From the NCBI RefSeq assembly GCF_009914755.1, contig NC_060928.1: 64,000 nt of DNA; one strand, written 5' to 3'. The DNA comes from the human T2T-CHM13v2.0 reference genome, Homo sapiens. Every line of letters starts with the position of its first letter. Positions within the stretch are counted from its first letter, which is position 1. Both the position numbers and the translations under genes were made by a program. Shown piece after piece: positions 43,367-58,286 of this stretch. A model generated the notes under the pieces. It was not told where the DNA came from, searched no databases, and saw nothing but the letters and a program-made list of their open reading frames with translations.

Positions 43367-45511
43367 AACAGATTCATACTCCTTTGGTTTCTGGCTTTTT
43401 ATCCTTCATAGGCCGAGCCCTTCCAGGCATACTCAAGATTCAATTTCAGAATATAAGAGTCCAACTTAGACTCAAGTACGTGACAGATACTCCAACTTGG
43501 CTTTCACCAAAAGGCTCTACTTTGGTTTGGCAGTATCAAATATTATCTCACTTATTAATAAATACTTGCTTTCCCATATGACTAGTCCTCCTTTCCTAGA
43601 GTCCCCTTGTGAGTTCCCAGGGACGGAGATGTGAGTAATATCTCAGGACTTGGATATTCTCGAGTCTCTAACATCCTTAGAATAAAATGAAACCTTTTTT
43701 TAGAACTCTTAACAGCAAGTGCTGCACACCTTGCTTGACAGACATACTTTTGCCTAAATTAAAATGGAAATCACTTTGACCTGGCACTCTCTTTATTCTC
43801 TTCTCTTCCAAACCATGCCTCTTACTGTTTTCGTGACCTTGGCCTTTAATGTCCTCATTTACAAAATAAAGAGGTTGAACTAAATCCTTTCCAGGTCACC
43901 TTCAATCCTCAACATTCTTTGATACATACTGAAAATGTCCCTCTGTGAGTTCAGAGCCTGCTTAGATACAGCATTCATTTTTATTTTTAATCTTTCCTCT
44001 AAATTCCGTTTTGAATCCAAACCTCTCTTCCTCCTTCTCTCTCTGCCTCTGTCTCTCTGTCTTTCTCAGCACATACACTTAAATATCAGTGAATTAAATA
44101 CATTTTCTGTGAATGGAAAACTGGAAGAAAAAAACAGGGTAAAACAGGCCTCATCATATTTAGGAGGCCTTTTAAAAAGCAACTTCAAGCCAAATCTCCT
44201 GGTGTTAGAGGAAGCACATCAAGCAGCCTCCAATCTGCCTCATTTATAGCCTTTTCACATAACCCAGGGTATCACATTTTTTAAAGAATGAGCCGTGCTG
44301 CATTCTGAAAAGAGCTTAATGTTTCTGTGAATAACATAATTAAAAAGAAGATTCACATCAATGGCTTAATCTGGGCCATTGCTTTATGAAGAAGTTCAGA
44401 AAGAAGTATTTATTAAGGAGGCCTGTGGGGAGGATAGCTTGATAGTAAAATATAAAAATACAGCTTGTCTTTGGAACCAGAGGTTACACAATTGCAGAGG
44501 GCAGCTGCTGAGTCCAGCTGGAGGAAACAGCAGGCCAAATGGACAGAAGAAACATTGCATGGAGAAAAAAAGAGTGAAATACACAATTCAGTATCTCAGA
44601 ATGAGTACATTAGCTACAACCTCCATACCTATATCGATGAAGAGGAGAGTTTGTTAGAGCCGTCAGCATCTGTAAAATAATAGAGCAACCAAGGGAATGG
44701 AAATTTAGCACCTGTTCCTATGTAGGTCTCTGGTACAAAGTTTCTTAGCTCTTCTGCAACTTTCAGCTAGGTAGTACAAATCTCATCTTACAGACAAGGA
44801 AATGGAAGCTTGAAGAGGTTATAGAAAGTTACCAATGTTACAAAATACATAAGATTTAACTTTTACGTGTCTGACCTCAAAGACTGATCTCTTGACATTA
44901 TTCTACTTCCTCTACATTAGAGAGACAGCCTAGGTAGGAAGAGGTACTGCACTTTCTACTAGGCTAAGAGGAGTTAGAGAGCTTGATTATTCCAGGTCTA
45001 CCTTTGTAATACAACACCTTCATAGAAGCTGAAAATAGAGCTGCCAAATAACAGGATTCTTCTTTCTGCTTAGCCATGGAGCTTTCAGAGATTAGAACTC
45101 TTTGTATTGTTTGTGCAGATACTCAATACCACCCTCATATACTTGAGGAAATATCCTTTGCTCTGACAAATCCTTCTATGGTTTCATTCTATAATCTCCG
45201 TTAAGTGCCTAGTGCTTGGTGTATTTTTGCTGTATCACCTCAGGTGAGAGAGTTGGGGGAAGGGCAGTGAGAAGTGGTGGAAAGCAAGCCAAACTGTTCA
45301 CCAACTCTTATCATCATCCCAGAGAAGCATCTATTTCATGCACACATTGTTTGGTATACATTATTCATGGAATCACCCATGTAAAACAATGAGCTCTGAA
45401 ACCCAAAATAATCATTTCTATTCACACATCAAATTTGTCTTCCAATTCTAATTATTATTTGGAGAACCTAAGGGAAGTAGAATGTTGGTGTTTCCCTAAT
45501 TTTTCTTTGTA

Positions 45512-46001
45512 CTACTGGGAGACCATTCTGTATGGGTCATTCATTTTTCTCCATGCCTAATGACAGAGGCACTAACTGCTCTCTTATTCTGAACTACCGT
45601 TTGGTGTTTGTATAGCAAAGAGCCTTGGAAAACTTGTGTCTTTCTCCAAAGCAGAGGGCAGGCGTGCTTGCTCTCTAGCAAAAGATATAGTCTCTTTCTA
45701 GAGCAAAGAAGAAATATGCATATGCCAATTGTAGAAGATTAAGTTTCCTTTCCTTTACTGCAAACCACTTTGTGTACAGGAATCTATCTAGGCCCACTCA
45801 TGTCATCCCTGTGGGACATGAGAGTAGGGGAAAAGTGCAAATATGCTGATGTTCATGCTGCTTGCTATACTATGAGTAAGAAAGTCCTTTGTCTCTGACT
45901 CAGGAATCTCGTGTCTTCTGCCAGCATCCATGAACTGCTAATGCTCTGTGGCAGGCTAACATGTTAACTTGCAAATAGGGTAAAATTTCAGACAGTTAAC
46001 A
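45512..46001 (+). mobile_element. ERV1-class solo LTR (MER90-like)
   Basis: GGGAGACCATTCT..AGAGGCACTAACTGC..GTCCTTTGTCTCTGACTCAGGAATCTCGTGTCTTCTGCCAGCATCCATGAA..TTGCAAATAGGGTAAAATTTCAGAC; subfamily from recall. Confidence 0.6.
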
Positions 46002-46160
46002 ATTATTGATGAGGTGCTATAAGGATGAGATGTTGACAGAGATACATAACTGAAAACAATCTTAACACTCTTCTCCCTTCACTTCAAAAAGGTAGGAGAC
46101 TGGACAAGGAAATATTGTGATACGATAATTCCTATGACCTTTTAAAAATATGTCTCCCAG

Positions 46161-46487
<327 letters not shown>

Positions 46488-47429
46488 TTAGATTGCCTTC
46501 TGTTATGATTATTGCATTTGAAATGGGCTCTGTGTAGACTTAAAAAATCAGTTTGGCAATGTAAGTAAATTAAAGAAATTCTCTTGGGCTAAACTCTTAC
46601 CTAAAGCCAAGTTTTATCTATTGTTTAGTAGGTATATATTGGTGTTTGTTTAACTGAATTAAACAAAGCACATTTTGCTTAATTCAATACACACATGGTA
46701 CCTATGGCCAGTACATAATTAAATATTTACAAAATTTATCACTTTGATTGGGAGGGAAGCAACTAGTTTTTTAGATAGAAAAAAGAGGAAAAAACCAGTG
46801 GGCTATGAAAGGCTAGGAAAATATAAGTCTGAGAAAGGGCTTCAAGCACAAATGTGATTTAACCATAAAATAATCAAGTTTCCCAAAGAACACACAATTT
46901 CTCTGAACCATTCTTATCAATTAACAACAGGAAGAAGGGGATGATGCTACAAATGCACCATATCTACAAATGTGATATACATATGTATTCTTCATAATTG
47001 CAGAGTTAGATCTGGAAGTGTTATCTAGGCCTGTGGTTGTGATTGATAAGCTAGTGCCAAGCCAGCTGGCATTGCAGACCTTTAGTTTAGAACTGCAACT
47101 CTTCTTTGCACAGCCTTTCTGTTCTATTTGTAAATCTGCACCTTTGCTTGGAGTCTGACTGCTTGCACTTGGAGAGCATTTTTGCTAGTTTCATCCCCAG
47201 CAGGCAGCTAATACAATCCCAAATGGCCTCACTCTTCATAATCCTTCTAAGGCCTTCTGTATAGGTTAGGACTTATCACAAGAGCTTTACTTGATTTTAG
47301 CTGCTGTTTATTATTATTTTCATTGTCATTTATGCTAATGGATTCATTATTCTTCTCATTAATTTTTATGCTCAGGAACTGAGAATATCCCATCTGTCCA
47401 GACTGTTTTTTTAAACTTTATATATCACA

Positions 47430-47540
47430 AGTTATATATATATGTATATATGTATATATATATATATGCACACACACAAACATATATACATATATGTATA
47501 CACACACATAAACTTTTCATATCACAAATTATATATATTT
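47430..47540. repeat. (TA)n/(CA)n compound microsatellite
   Basis: Direct reading. Confidence 0.9.
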
Positions 47541-48800
47541 GTACAATAAAAATGCCTGGGTACCCATCAAACAGAGCAAGAAGTAAAATCTTGGAAGCCT
47601 TCCTCATGCTTTCTTCCAATAAGTACTCCTCCCTTCTCCCAAAGACAGTCAATATCTTGACTTCTCACACCAGAGATAAATTTGTCCTTTTTTGAACTTG
47701 AACTTGACATAAACGAAAGCAGACATTATACATTATTTTGTGTCTGGCCTCTTTGAATCATAATTATACTTATGAGATTTACCTTTGTTATTTCGTATAG
47801 TCATTGTTGGGTTACACATGCACACAGATACCCTCCACCATGTGTTATATATTCTACTGTTGATAGACTATTGGCTTGTTTATAATATTTGGCTATTCTG
47901 AATAATATTGCTATGAATAATTTTTTCACATGTATTTTGCAGCAAATGTGCATATCACTTTTTGGATCTAACTAAGTGAAGAGCTGGGTACCGTACATAT
48001 GTGTGCTCACTTTAGTAGATACAAATGAATAGTTTTCTACAGAAGTTAATTGCCAACACCATATGGTAGTTGCACCTCCCGGTTGACACTCAATATTGTC
48101 AGTCTTTCAAATTTTCTTATGTCTAGGTAATACCACATTGTGATATTAATTTGCATTTATTTGGTGGTTAATAAGGCCTAGCATCTTTCTGTTTATTTGG
48201 AGGCCATTTGTAAATTCTTCTTTGTGAAGGGCCTGTTTAAAAAATGAATTGTTACTTTCATATTAATTTTTAAGAGTTTATTATAATTCTGGATTTGAGT
48301 CCTTTGACATAGGAAATGGAAATAGCTTTTCCCACTCTGAGTCTTGACTTTTTATTCTTGGGATGGTGACTTGATGAGCAGAAGTTCCTAGTTTTAATGT
48401 GAAACAATCTATTAATTTATTCCTATAGTTAGTACTTGTTAGAGTCTTATTGTTTGGAGACTTTCCCCACTCCAAGGTCATGAAAGTATTCTTTATGTTA
48501 TCTTCTGAAAGATTTCTGATTTAACTTTTCACATTTAATCTACATTTCACTTAATTTTTTTATTGAAGTAGAGTCAAGATTAATTTTTTCCCCATATAAA
48601 ATTCCCCTTGGCAGAATCTCCTTTTTTAGAAACACTATTCTTCCCCCACTTGTCATAAATAAAGTGTCCATATGTGTGTTGATACATTGGCCTGTTTTCC
48701 CATCCCTGTGTCGGTACTGTTTAATTAATATAAACATACAGGTTTTAATATTCAGTAATGAAAATACTTCTTTGTTCATTAAAAAAGTTTTATTATTTTT

Positions 48801-49090
48801 GTCTGGGAGTGGTGGCTCATGCCTGTAATCCCAACACTTTCAGAGGCTAAGGCAGGCAGATCACTTGAGGTCAGGAGTTTGAGACCAGCCTGACCAACAT
48901 GGGGAAACCTCGTCTCTATTAAAAATGCAAAAACTAGCTGGGCTTGGTGGTGCGTGCCTGTAGTTCCAGCTACTCGGGAGGCTGAGGTGGGAGAATCACT
49001 TGAACTCGGGAGTCAGAGGCTGCAGTGAGCCGAGATTTTGCCACTGCACTCCAGCCTGGGCGACAGATCGAGACTCCATCTCAAAAAAAA
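48801..49090 (+). mobile_element. AluS (Sz/Sx-like)
   Basis: Full dimer; TSD AAAAAAGTTT(T)ATTATTTTT on both sides. Confidence 0.93.
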
Positions 49091-49399
49091 AAGTTTATTA
49101 TTTTTGGCCTGTTGCACTTCTTTATGAATTTTGGGATCAATTTGTTGGTCTCCACAAACAAACAAACAACAACCCCAAACTGATTTTTATAATATTAAGT
49201 TTTCTAAATCCATATATGGCATATCCTTCCATTTACTTATTCCTTCTTTAACTTCTCTCAACAATATTTTTGTACATGAATACAGTGGTCATGTTTATTT
49301 AGGAAAAAATTATTGCCGGATATTTGGTGTTTCTTGATGCTAAGTTGTATCATCATTTTATAACTTTGTTTTTCAAAATTTGTTGTTATTGTATAGATA

Positions 49400-49832
49400 T
49401 ATCAGTGAGCTGTTAACACAATAGTGCTCCATAGTGAAACAAAACAAAACTTAGTGGCTTAAAAAACAATTTATTCTCATAGATCTGTGGTTCAGTTGGG
49501 GAAGCTCATCAAGGCTTAGCTGGGCAGCTTTGCTTCAAGCTACAGGTACAGCTAAGCCTGGTTGTTGTGACTATGTGACACATGCTTTTTCTGAGTCCTA
49601 GGGTAAAGTAATGTATTTTCATTGACATGGCAGACCCAAAAGATGGCAAGCTCAATTGTATAAGTGCATCTCAAACTTTTGGTTGCATCATTTCTCTAGT
49701 ATTCCATTGACTATGTAAAATGGTCCAGCTCAAAGTCAAGGTGAAGGAAAGGTACTTCATCCATGAAACAGCTATAAATAGTCATGAATGTAGGGGAGGG
49801 TGAAGAATGAAGACGAGTAATTCATTTTACTA
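49400..49832 (-). mobile_element. Old MaLR LTR (MLT1I/J/K-like)
   Basis: AAAACTTAGTGGCTTAAAAAACAATTTATTCTCATAGATCTGTGG..ATTCCATTGAC..CAAAGTCAAGG. Confidence 0.6.
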
Positions 49833-51281
49833 TAATAGTGACACAATATGTCTTTCTATGTTGACCTCATGTCTAGCAACTTTGGTAAATTCATTTTAAT
49901 AATTATAGTAGTTTGTGTGGGGGTGTATTTGGAATTATTGTGTATACAGTTGTGTTATTTACAAATAATGACAGCTTTAATTCTTCTTTCCCAATTCTTA
50001 TATCTTTCATATTTGTCCTTGCTCTATTATACTGGCTAGGACCTCATACACAATGTTAAAAAAAAAGCAGTTATAGTAGGTATCCTTGCTCATTCTCCTT
50101 CTTACGGGCAAGTTTACACTATTACAAAATAACTATGATGTTTCACATTGGGTTTTGGTTGATGTTATTTATCAGATTAAGAAAGCCTATTTATTTATAC
50201 TTTGATAAGATTTTTAAAACATTATTCATGGTTATTGAATTATGTCAACTGCCTATGCATCGATTGAAGTGACTATGATTTTCTGCCCTTTATTCCTTAC
50301 AGGGGTCATTATTGACTTGTGAATATTATATTAAAATCCTTTTCCTAAAACAAACACATTTGGTCATATAATACATTGTCTCTCTTATATAACAATCGAT
50401 TGTCTCCTAATGTTTGTTTACTATGTTTGCCTCTAAGTTCATAAGAGATTTTACCATGTTATGCCAAGGTATATGTTTTTCCTTGTGTTTTTCCTGCTTG
50501 GTGTTTGTAGCTTTTCCTGAATTTGCGGCTTGATATCTTTTATCAGTTTTAAAACATTTTTCATTATTAGCTCTTAAAATATTGGTGTCGTGCCATTCTC
50601 TCTTTCCTCTCTTTCTGGAACTCCAATTACAAGTTAGATCCTTTTTTCCTATGTTCTCTTGGTTTCTTACACTCTTTTCTGAATTTCCCATCCTTATAGC
50701 TATCTATTCTTCTGTCTGTCCATTTTTATAATGGCTTATATTCTCATTTATTACTGTTCTCTTTATATCTAATTTACTATTAATGCTCTTTATTGAGTTA
50801 TTTCAGTTATAATAACTTCATTTTTAGAATTTAATTGGATTTCTTTAAAAGTTACCAGTTCACCTCTGAAACTTCCCATCTTTCATCTAATTTATTGAAG
50901 GTATAAATCACAGTTGCTTTGAAGAGTGTGTCTCTCATAACCTCCTATGGTATGTTTCTACTTTTTCTTTCACTTCTCTTTTTGTATTTGTCTTTGTTTG
51001 GTCAAGTTATCTAGTCTCCTGATAATGCTGATAATTTTTAATGAAATCCTGAAATAATTGTAGAGATAATTTGATGCTCTGGAAGATGTTGTCTTCCTCC
51101 AGCAAAAATTTATTTTTCCATCTAGAAGGCAGGTATGTATTGTTTTAATTCATCTAGGAACTGAATTGATTTAAAGCTCTTTATGAGATCTGCCCTATTT
51201 TTGCTCCATTACTACTTTTAGAGTATAAATATTCTGGCCTCTCAGCTGAAAACTTTGGTTGTTTACCAGAGACTATTCTAC

Positions 51282-51467
51282 TGGAATTGCCAGATTTCAC
51301 AGAAACAAACAAGAGTGAACAAAAGCCCAAACGATACAAAAAGAAAGCTCAATTAATTTTGAACTTTGAATTGCAAATGTTTATTAGGACATACTTATCC
51401 TGAAAAAGTATTTTTTTTCCTGAAATTCAAAGCTAACAGGCATCTGGTATTTTATCTGGAAACTCTA
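51282..51467. mobile_element. MER53-like hAT MITE
   Basis: Inverted termini TTGCCAGAT.. / ..ATCTGGAAACTCTA; internal GGACATACTTAT and CTGAAATTCAAA. Confidence 0.65.
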
Positions 51468-52267
51468 TGTCAATTTCCCATCAGTCAATCCTGTAAGACT
51501 CTTGAAACTTCTTCCCAGGTTCTTCTCATCTACCAGTTTCTATTTAGTTTATAGTCATGCTTTGGAAATGGCAAAAACCTCAAGGGGAAATATGGTGCTG
51601 AATACTGTGTTCACCCTTAAGCTTCTTTTCTCTCTTGATCTTGATCCCTTAAGCCTTTACACAATAGCAGCTCTCTGATGACTTCCAGACAAGTTATTTT
51701 GTTCTAGAAATCAGCAATTAAAATAGACATCCTATGTTGTCCAGGATTCAAATTTTAGGTCTACTTATTAAAAATACAATTTTTGATTTGTATTAATAAT
51801 GGTAGTTACAATAAGAGAAGATAATATATTGCACAAAATGTATGCCTGGTGACATTTCAATTATTTTACATGAATTGACTAATTGTCACAAATACTCTTT
51901 GAGGTAGATACTATTGTGTCCATTTTTCAGATTGAGTTTCTTAAGAACCTGTATGGGATGTCTGTTAAAAGCTAAGGAGCACAGGCACAAAATATATAGA
52001 AAACACCTACTGCTCTGAGTTAACATCTAACTTGGTGCCTAGTACGAAATAATCACCCTATAGGTAATAATGATCACTGGACAGTTTGCCACTAAGGTGG
52101 CACAAATCACATTGGTTATTTACATTTAATTGGCATTGGTAAAGTCTACCTCATTCAGAATTCCAGTCCTTAAATGTTATTCTACTTTTGTTGTTTCCCC
52201 AGACAATTTTGGAACTATGCTTTTCAAATCTTGTTTTAGTAGCAGTAGCCCAATACCCGAAGCACAC

Positions 52268-53133
52268 AACAAATTTACAAGAAAAAAACAAACAACCCCA
52301 TCAAAAAGTGATGGGGATAGAATAGACACTTCTCAAAAGAAGACATTTATGCAGCCAACAGACACATGAAAAAATGCTCATCATCACTGGCCATCAGAGA
52401 AATGCAAATCAAAACCACAATGATACCATCTCACACCAGTTAGAATGGTGATCATTAAAAAGTCAGAAAACAACAGGTGCTGGAGAGGATGTGGAGAAAT
52501 AGAAACATTTTACACTGTTGGTGGGACTGTAAACTAGTTCAACCATTGTGGAAGACAGTGTGGTGATTCCTCAAGGATCCAGAACTAGAAATACCATTTG
52601 ACCCAGCTATCCCATTACTGGGTATATACCCAAAGGATTATAAATCATGCTGCTATAAAGACACATGCACACGTATGTTTATTGCGGCACTATTCACAAT
52701 AGCAAAGACTTGGAACCAACCCAAATGTCCAACAATGATAGACTGGATTAAGAAAATGTGGCACATATACACCATGGAATATTATGCAGCCATAAAAAAG
52801 GATGAGTTCATGTCCTTTGTAGGGACATGGATGAAGCTGGAAACCATCATTCTCAGCAAACTGTCACAAGGACAAGAAACCAAACACCACATGTTCTCAC
52901 TCATAGGTGAGAATTGAACAATAAGAACACATGGACACAGGAAAGGGAACATCACACACTGGGGCCTGTCATGGGGTGGAGAGAAGAGGGAGGGATAGCA
53001 TTAGGAGATATACCTAATGTAAATGAGGAGTTAATGGGTGCAGCACACCAGCATGGCACATCTATATATATGTAACAAACCTGTACATTGTGCACATGTA
53101 CCCTAGAACTTAAAGTACAATAAAAAAAATAAA
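52268..53133 (+). mobile_element. 5'-truncated L1PA (about L1PA4/5)
   Basis: ORF2 C-terminus (MFIAALFTIAKTWNQPKCPT...), 3'UTR, AATAAAAAAAA tail; no TSD found. Confidence 0.93.
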
Positions 53134-53993
53134 TTTTAGAATAGGAAATAAAAAGAACAAAATGTAGATACAATCTACTAATTTTTGAGCAATGGCTTAG
53201 TAGTTTCCATGGTGACATGAATCTACAAATATAAATTCAAGTGAGGCAACTTTTACTTCATTTATCAGAAGAAAAAGCTAAAGAGAATTTTATTTTAAAT
53301 TACCTGAATAATTATCTCGGTTATTTCCTTCATGTTGCATACATATCACTGATCGACTTATCTCCTACTATTCATCTTTGTATTTTAAAAAATCTAAAAA
53401 TTTGCTGCGTGCATTTTAGAAGACTAAGTATCTTTAATTTAACATGAGATTATTATTATATCTTGATGTTAAAAAAGCTTTCTTGATAACTAAATAGTGA
53501 CTTGGTTATGAAACTTGAAGAGAATTAAGCTCCCAGCAGTAAGATATTTTTCTACCAAAATTTTTGAAAGAGGAATATGAGTGCATTCGAGATTTTACAT
53601 CTGCCCTATGGGAAAATCGATAATGGATTGTTTCTATATATTATGTGTCAAGCCTTGCCTATTGAGGGATATACAATAGGTATGCACTGGAGCATAATTT
53701 ACAAAGTACGTTTACAAGGTATTTCCATAGTGCCCTAACCTATTACAGTTTCTGTCTTCTAATTTTCATGAGGCTTCGTTGTGCATCTTATTTTCTATTT
53801 AGTGAAGAAATTGAGTGATTGATTATAGATGATAAGTGAAAAATCAGTCAAATGTGGACAAGGCTGGCCTGATAAGACTGAAATGAAGTATGCTTTTGGT
53901 TGTGTAATAATTTCCAGCTGTGTTCTAGTTTAAGAAAATGTCCAACATGACACTCCTAGCTTAACTCAGTCACACATTTCATACAGGTAGTAT

Positions 53994-54090
53994 TTTTCAG
54001 ATGACACCAACTTAGAAGGGATTGCTAACACCTCAGAAGAAAAGATCAGAATTCAAAGTGACCTCAATAAATTGAAGAAACAGCATGAAC
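53994..54090 (+). mobile_element. CR1/L3 reverse-transcriptase relic
   Basis: Open frame FSDDTNLEGIANTSEEKIRIQSDLNKLKKQHE resembles the CR1 RT segment FADDTKLGG.AN..EDR.RIQ.DLDRL. Confidence 0.7.
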
Positions 54091-54768
54091 CTGGCTAGCC
54101 AGAGGCCCTACAGGGAAAAATATCTAAGCTAGTATTCATCTTTCATTTATTTTTTCATTCATTCATAAAATATTAATTGAATGCCTACTATGTGCCAGCT
54201 ACAAGCTGAATATTGTTTAACACAAATGCATTTTTAGTTTAGCAATCTACCCCCTCCTTCAATGCATGGCTGGACCCTTTCAGGAAATCAGTTCCTTCCA
54301 AAATTGTGTGCTCCTACATCATGCAAAATCAATAGATTTAAGAGAAAAAATACACATAGGTCAAAAAATATGACATCATACCATACATAGATATATATAC
54401 TTCATATATACATATATACCCATTTATAGATAGATACACACACATATACACATACATCTCATTCTTTTTTAAAGGAGAGTCACTTTGGGGGGACAATGTA
54501 AGTCATATTTAGTGTTTAATTGCGGGTCTCTATAGGGTTATAATAAAAGTAATTTAAAATATTAAAAAAAAGTTATCTGCTAGTTGAAGAAGATTAGGGT
54601 GACACTCAACCCACTCAGTCATTTTTCCCCGTCTTCATTGTGCACTTGAAAGCATCTAGGGTCCTGAAGTTACCCATATTTTTTGAAAGAATTTCCACCC
54701 TCACTCCAACTTGATTATTCCAGAAATTTCAGCAATTTGGGGAAATGAGTTGAGGAAACAGCTAAGCC

Positions 54769-55088
<320 letters not shown>

Positions 55089-56052
55089 GCAGCTAAGCTT
55101 TAAGATGTAAAGGAACTTATTATTGGTCCCATAACAGATAACTTCGATTTTTCTCCTAAACTTGAGAGTTTCCAGCTTTGGAACATTGAATCTGTACTTA
55201 GTTCTAGTGAGGGAAGTAGCCAAAAATCTATTACGAAGTCTTCAAATGAACTGCAATCCTCTTGAGGGCCCAGGCCATGTGCTTTTATTACTTGGCAGCA
55301 TTGCCCTGCAGTGATGGCCATAGTGGCACTCATTTTTGTCAAGAACAGAGGAAGAGCTTGGAAGAGGATGAATTTACATGGCTCAATTATAGGAGCAATA
55401 AGTATGAATTCAGGAATTCTTATCAATGTATTATGTCACTGGTTCTCCAGTTAATCTCTAAAGGGTGTCGTGCAATCCCTGGACAGAAAACAAAATTTCT
55501 TTTATATTTATTTAAAATGTAGAAAACAGATGATACAAAAATCAAACAGAAAATAATACAGGTTTATAACCACAAAATGATGAATAGTTTCAAAAAACAG
55601 ACAAAGAGACAGCATAGGTGAGAGTTTTTATAGGAACCGTGAAAAATGTTTGCATAGAAATCTACTTCTGAGGGGAATAGAGGCTGTATTTTTCAGAAAA
55701 AGAAAATATTGTACTGTCTAATAATACTTTACTTCTCTAAAAACATCTGTTGGCTCAATAGGAAGGAAAGAAAGTAGAGAAAGAGGAAGGCAGATAAAGG
55801 AAGAAAAGAGTCAGGGAAAATATTTAGAATCTGCAATGAGTCTCACAAAGGCAGCAAGCTGATAATGAGAAATCATCAAAGCAGAGGTGACTTGAAGTAA
55901 TAGATGATTCAAGCAGGCTGGTTTCAGCTGAACATTGATATAATCAAAATAAGGGCGATATCGTGAACATCAGTAAGAGAAAAGCAATTGTGCTTTTTAT
56001 CTAAAAAGTTGTCTGTGCATATAGGGCCTAAAATGCTGAGGGCAGAGCCATG

Positions 56053-56692
56053 TGTTTTAGGCAGTGTTTTCCAGAGAGGCAGAACTGACAGGAGATACAG
56101 AAAGATATATGAGAGGGGATTTATTAGGAGAATTGGCTTACTCAATTATGGAGGCTGAGGATCCCACATGATAGGTCATCTGCAATCTGGAGAACTATGG
56201 AAGCCAGTAGTGTGGTTCAGTCCAAGTCCAGAAGCCTCAGAGCTAAGGAAGCCAATGATGTAACTCCCGGTTTAAGGTCAAAAGCCCAAGAGCCAGGTGG
56301 ACCACTGGAGTCCAAAGGCCAGAGAACCTGGAGTTCTGACATCCAAAGGCAGGAGAAGGGCATCCTGGCTCTGGAAGAGAGGGCAAGAATTCACCATTTC
56401 TCTACCTTTTTGTTTTATCTGGGCTCCCAGTTGATTGCATGATGCCTGTCCCCACTTAGGGCAGATCTCCAGTCATTTCACAACTTACAAGCCAATCTCT
56501 GGAAACATCTGCACAGACACACCTGGGGCAGCCTAATCGTTCAAATCAAAAGCAAAAGCGACTGGGCTTTTCTTTTAGCAGACGAGTAACAGGCTCAGCG
56601 CCTACTGAAATGTTAAGAATAAATAATGCTTTGACCAACTATCTGGGTATCCTTTAATCCAGTCAAGTTGACACCCCAAATCAACTATCATA
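56053..56692 (-). mobile_element. MLT2B-type (ERV-L) solo LTR
   Basis: TGTTTTAGGCAGTGTTTTCCAGAGAG..GGAGGCTGAG..TCAGTCCAAGTCC..CCAGTCAAGTTGACACCCCAAATCAACTATCATA; TSD CCATG/CTGTG. Confidence 0.85.
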
Positions 56693-58286
56693 CTGTGGAA
56701 CATTGAACGTATATCAAATATGATTGTGTCAGTTAGCCAATTACATTTTTATGAGGCAGTTTGTTGGTGATGAACATGGATTTGGAGCTAGAGAGACCTG
56801 GATATAAGACCCAGATTCCTGCATATGTCTTCTCATCTCTAAAATGGAAATAATATAAAGTTCATCTTATGGCTTTTTATTTATTTTTTAAGTATTGTAA
56901 TTACAAACCAGAGTAACCAAAGCCACAAGCTTGTTTTTGAAAACAACATCCTGGGAAGCAAAGGCTGGATCTTTAACACCATATAGAGTGGGGTCCCTTT
57001 CTTTCTGCTGGTAATGGGGATATCAAAGTCAATATACCATCGTCCTTAAAAGACTTCTAGCAATAATGCAAGAGGTTATGACTGTACAAAACTTTTCATA
57101 TTTAAAGTACACATGTTCTGAGGCATGCAAAAGCTAGATACAAATAAAAATGACAGATGTGTCAAAATAAAACAGTGGAGTCAAATCTGTGCTGAATTCT
57201 CCTTGTTTTTTTTTCATACTTTTCGATTTCTTACTCAACAGAGCATTTTAAAGTGAACTGCATCCAAACAGTACAATTTCAGTTCATAGAAGCCAAGAAA
57301 AATAACTCTAAAGAGCAAAGAGTGCCACCTCAAAAAGTAAAAAGCCACTTAGGGGAAAGAATAATTCTACTTGAAAAGCAGATTAAAATAAAAAATCAGA
57401 AACAAGGCCAAAACGTAAATTTATTTCCTCAGGCAAACTCTGTGGATACGTTTCATTTAACTTTCTCTTTCAGTAAAAAATGAAATTGGCCAAAGAGATT
57501 TGCTCTTACTCTTAACTGTAAGGACTATGATTTTAAATGGACATTTGCTATCATCTTTGAGGAATTCTGGCATGACTATTATTTATAAATGTTTCATTTA
57601 ACAAATAAGGCATAGACAATTTCTTTTGTCTGCAATTGCTCCCTTTGCACCTACCTATAAGTTATAAGGGAAATGTTGATATTGTGTTTGCATCATTGGA
57701 GTCCTCCTCTCACTAAATAAGAGCATGGAAAGTCAAGAGTATTATTTTAAAAGGTTACAGTTCAAGAGCCCCTTCATTTCTCAAATTTGTTATTGGCATG
57801 AGCCAAGAACAATTCCTCCAGTTTCTCAGTATGAGACGGAAGAAATTGCTATTTAGCTTGTCTCTGTAGCCCAAGGTCATTTCCCAGACTGTGGTATCCA
57901 ATTTGGATTGTTCTGTAAACAGCACAAATGTTAACCAAATAATAATTTATACAATGGCATGCATTAGGACAGATAAAAGAGAGAAAGCTGATGCCAAAGA
58001 AATAGCTACATAGCTGGTCATTGTATTTTCTTCTCTAACTCATTCTGGGAATATTAAAAAGTGGTTGGGAGTAATGTCCCAATGAAAAAATAAGTCTTTT
58101 GAGCAACGTGATTAGCTATCTTGTAATACAATATTCGAGTACACAAGGATAAACGTAGTTGGGTAAAATACATCTCACTGTCTTTTCCAAATGTTTTTTT
58201 CCCTAAGTGTGCTTTATCTTTGATATATTTCTACTACCTCCTGTTGCTTTCAAGTCACGATTTTTAAAGATTTCTGTTTACAAGCA

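Larger units (their letters stand above)
47540..51700 (-). mobile_element. Old L1ME-type element (3'UTR to ORF1 region), interrupted by Alu, MLT1 and MER53
   Basis: Reverse-complement L1M hallmarks (TTTGGCTATTCTGAATAAT, GGCCATTTGTAAATTCTTCTTTGTGAAG, TTTTATCAGTTTTAAAACATTTTCA..CTGGAACTCCAATTACA). Confidence 0.7.
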
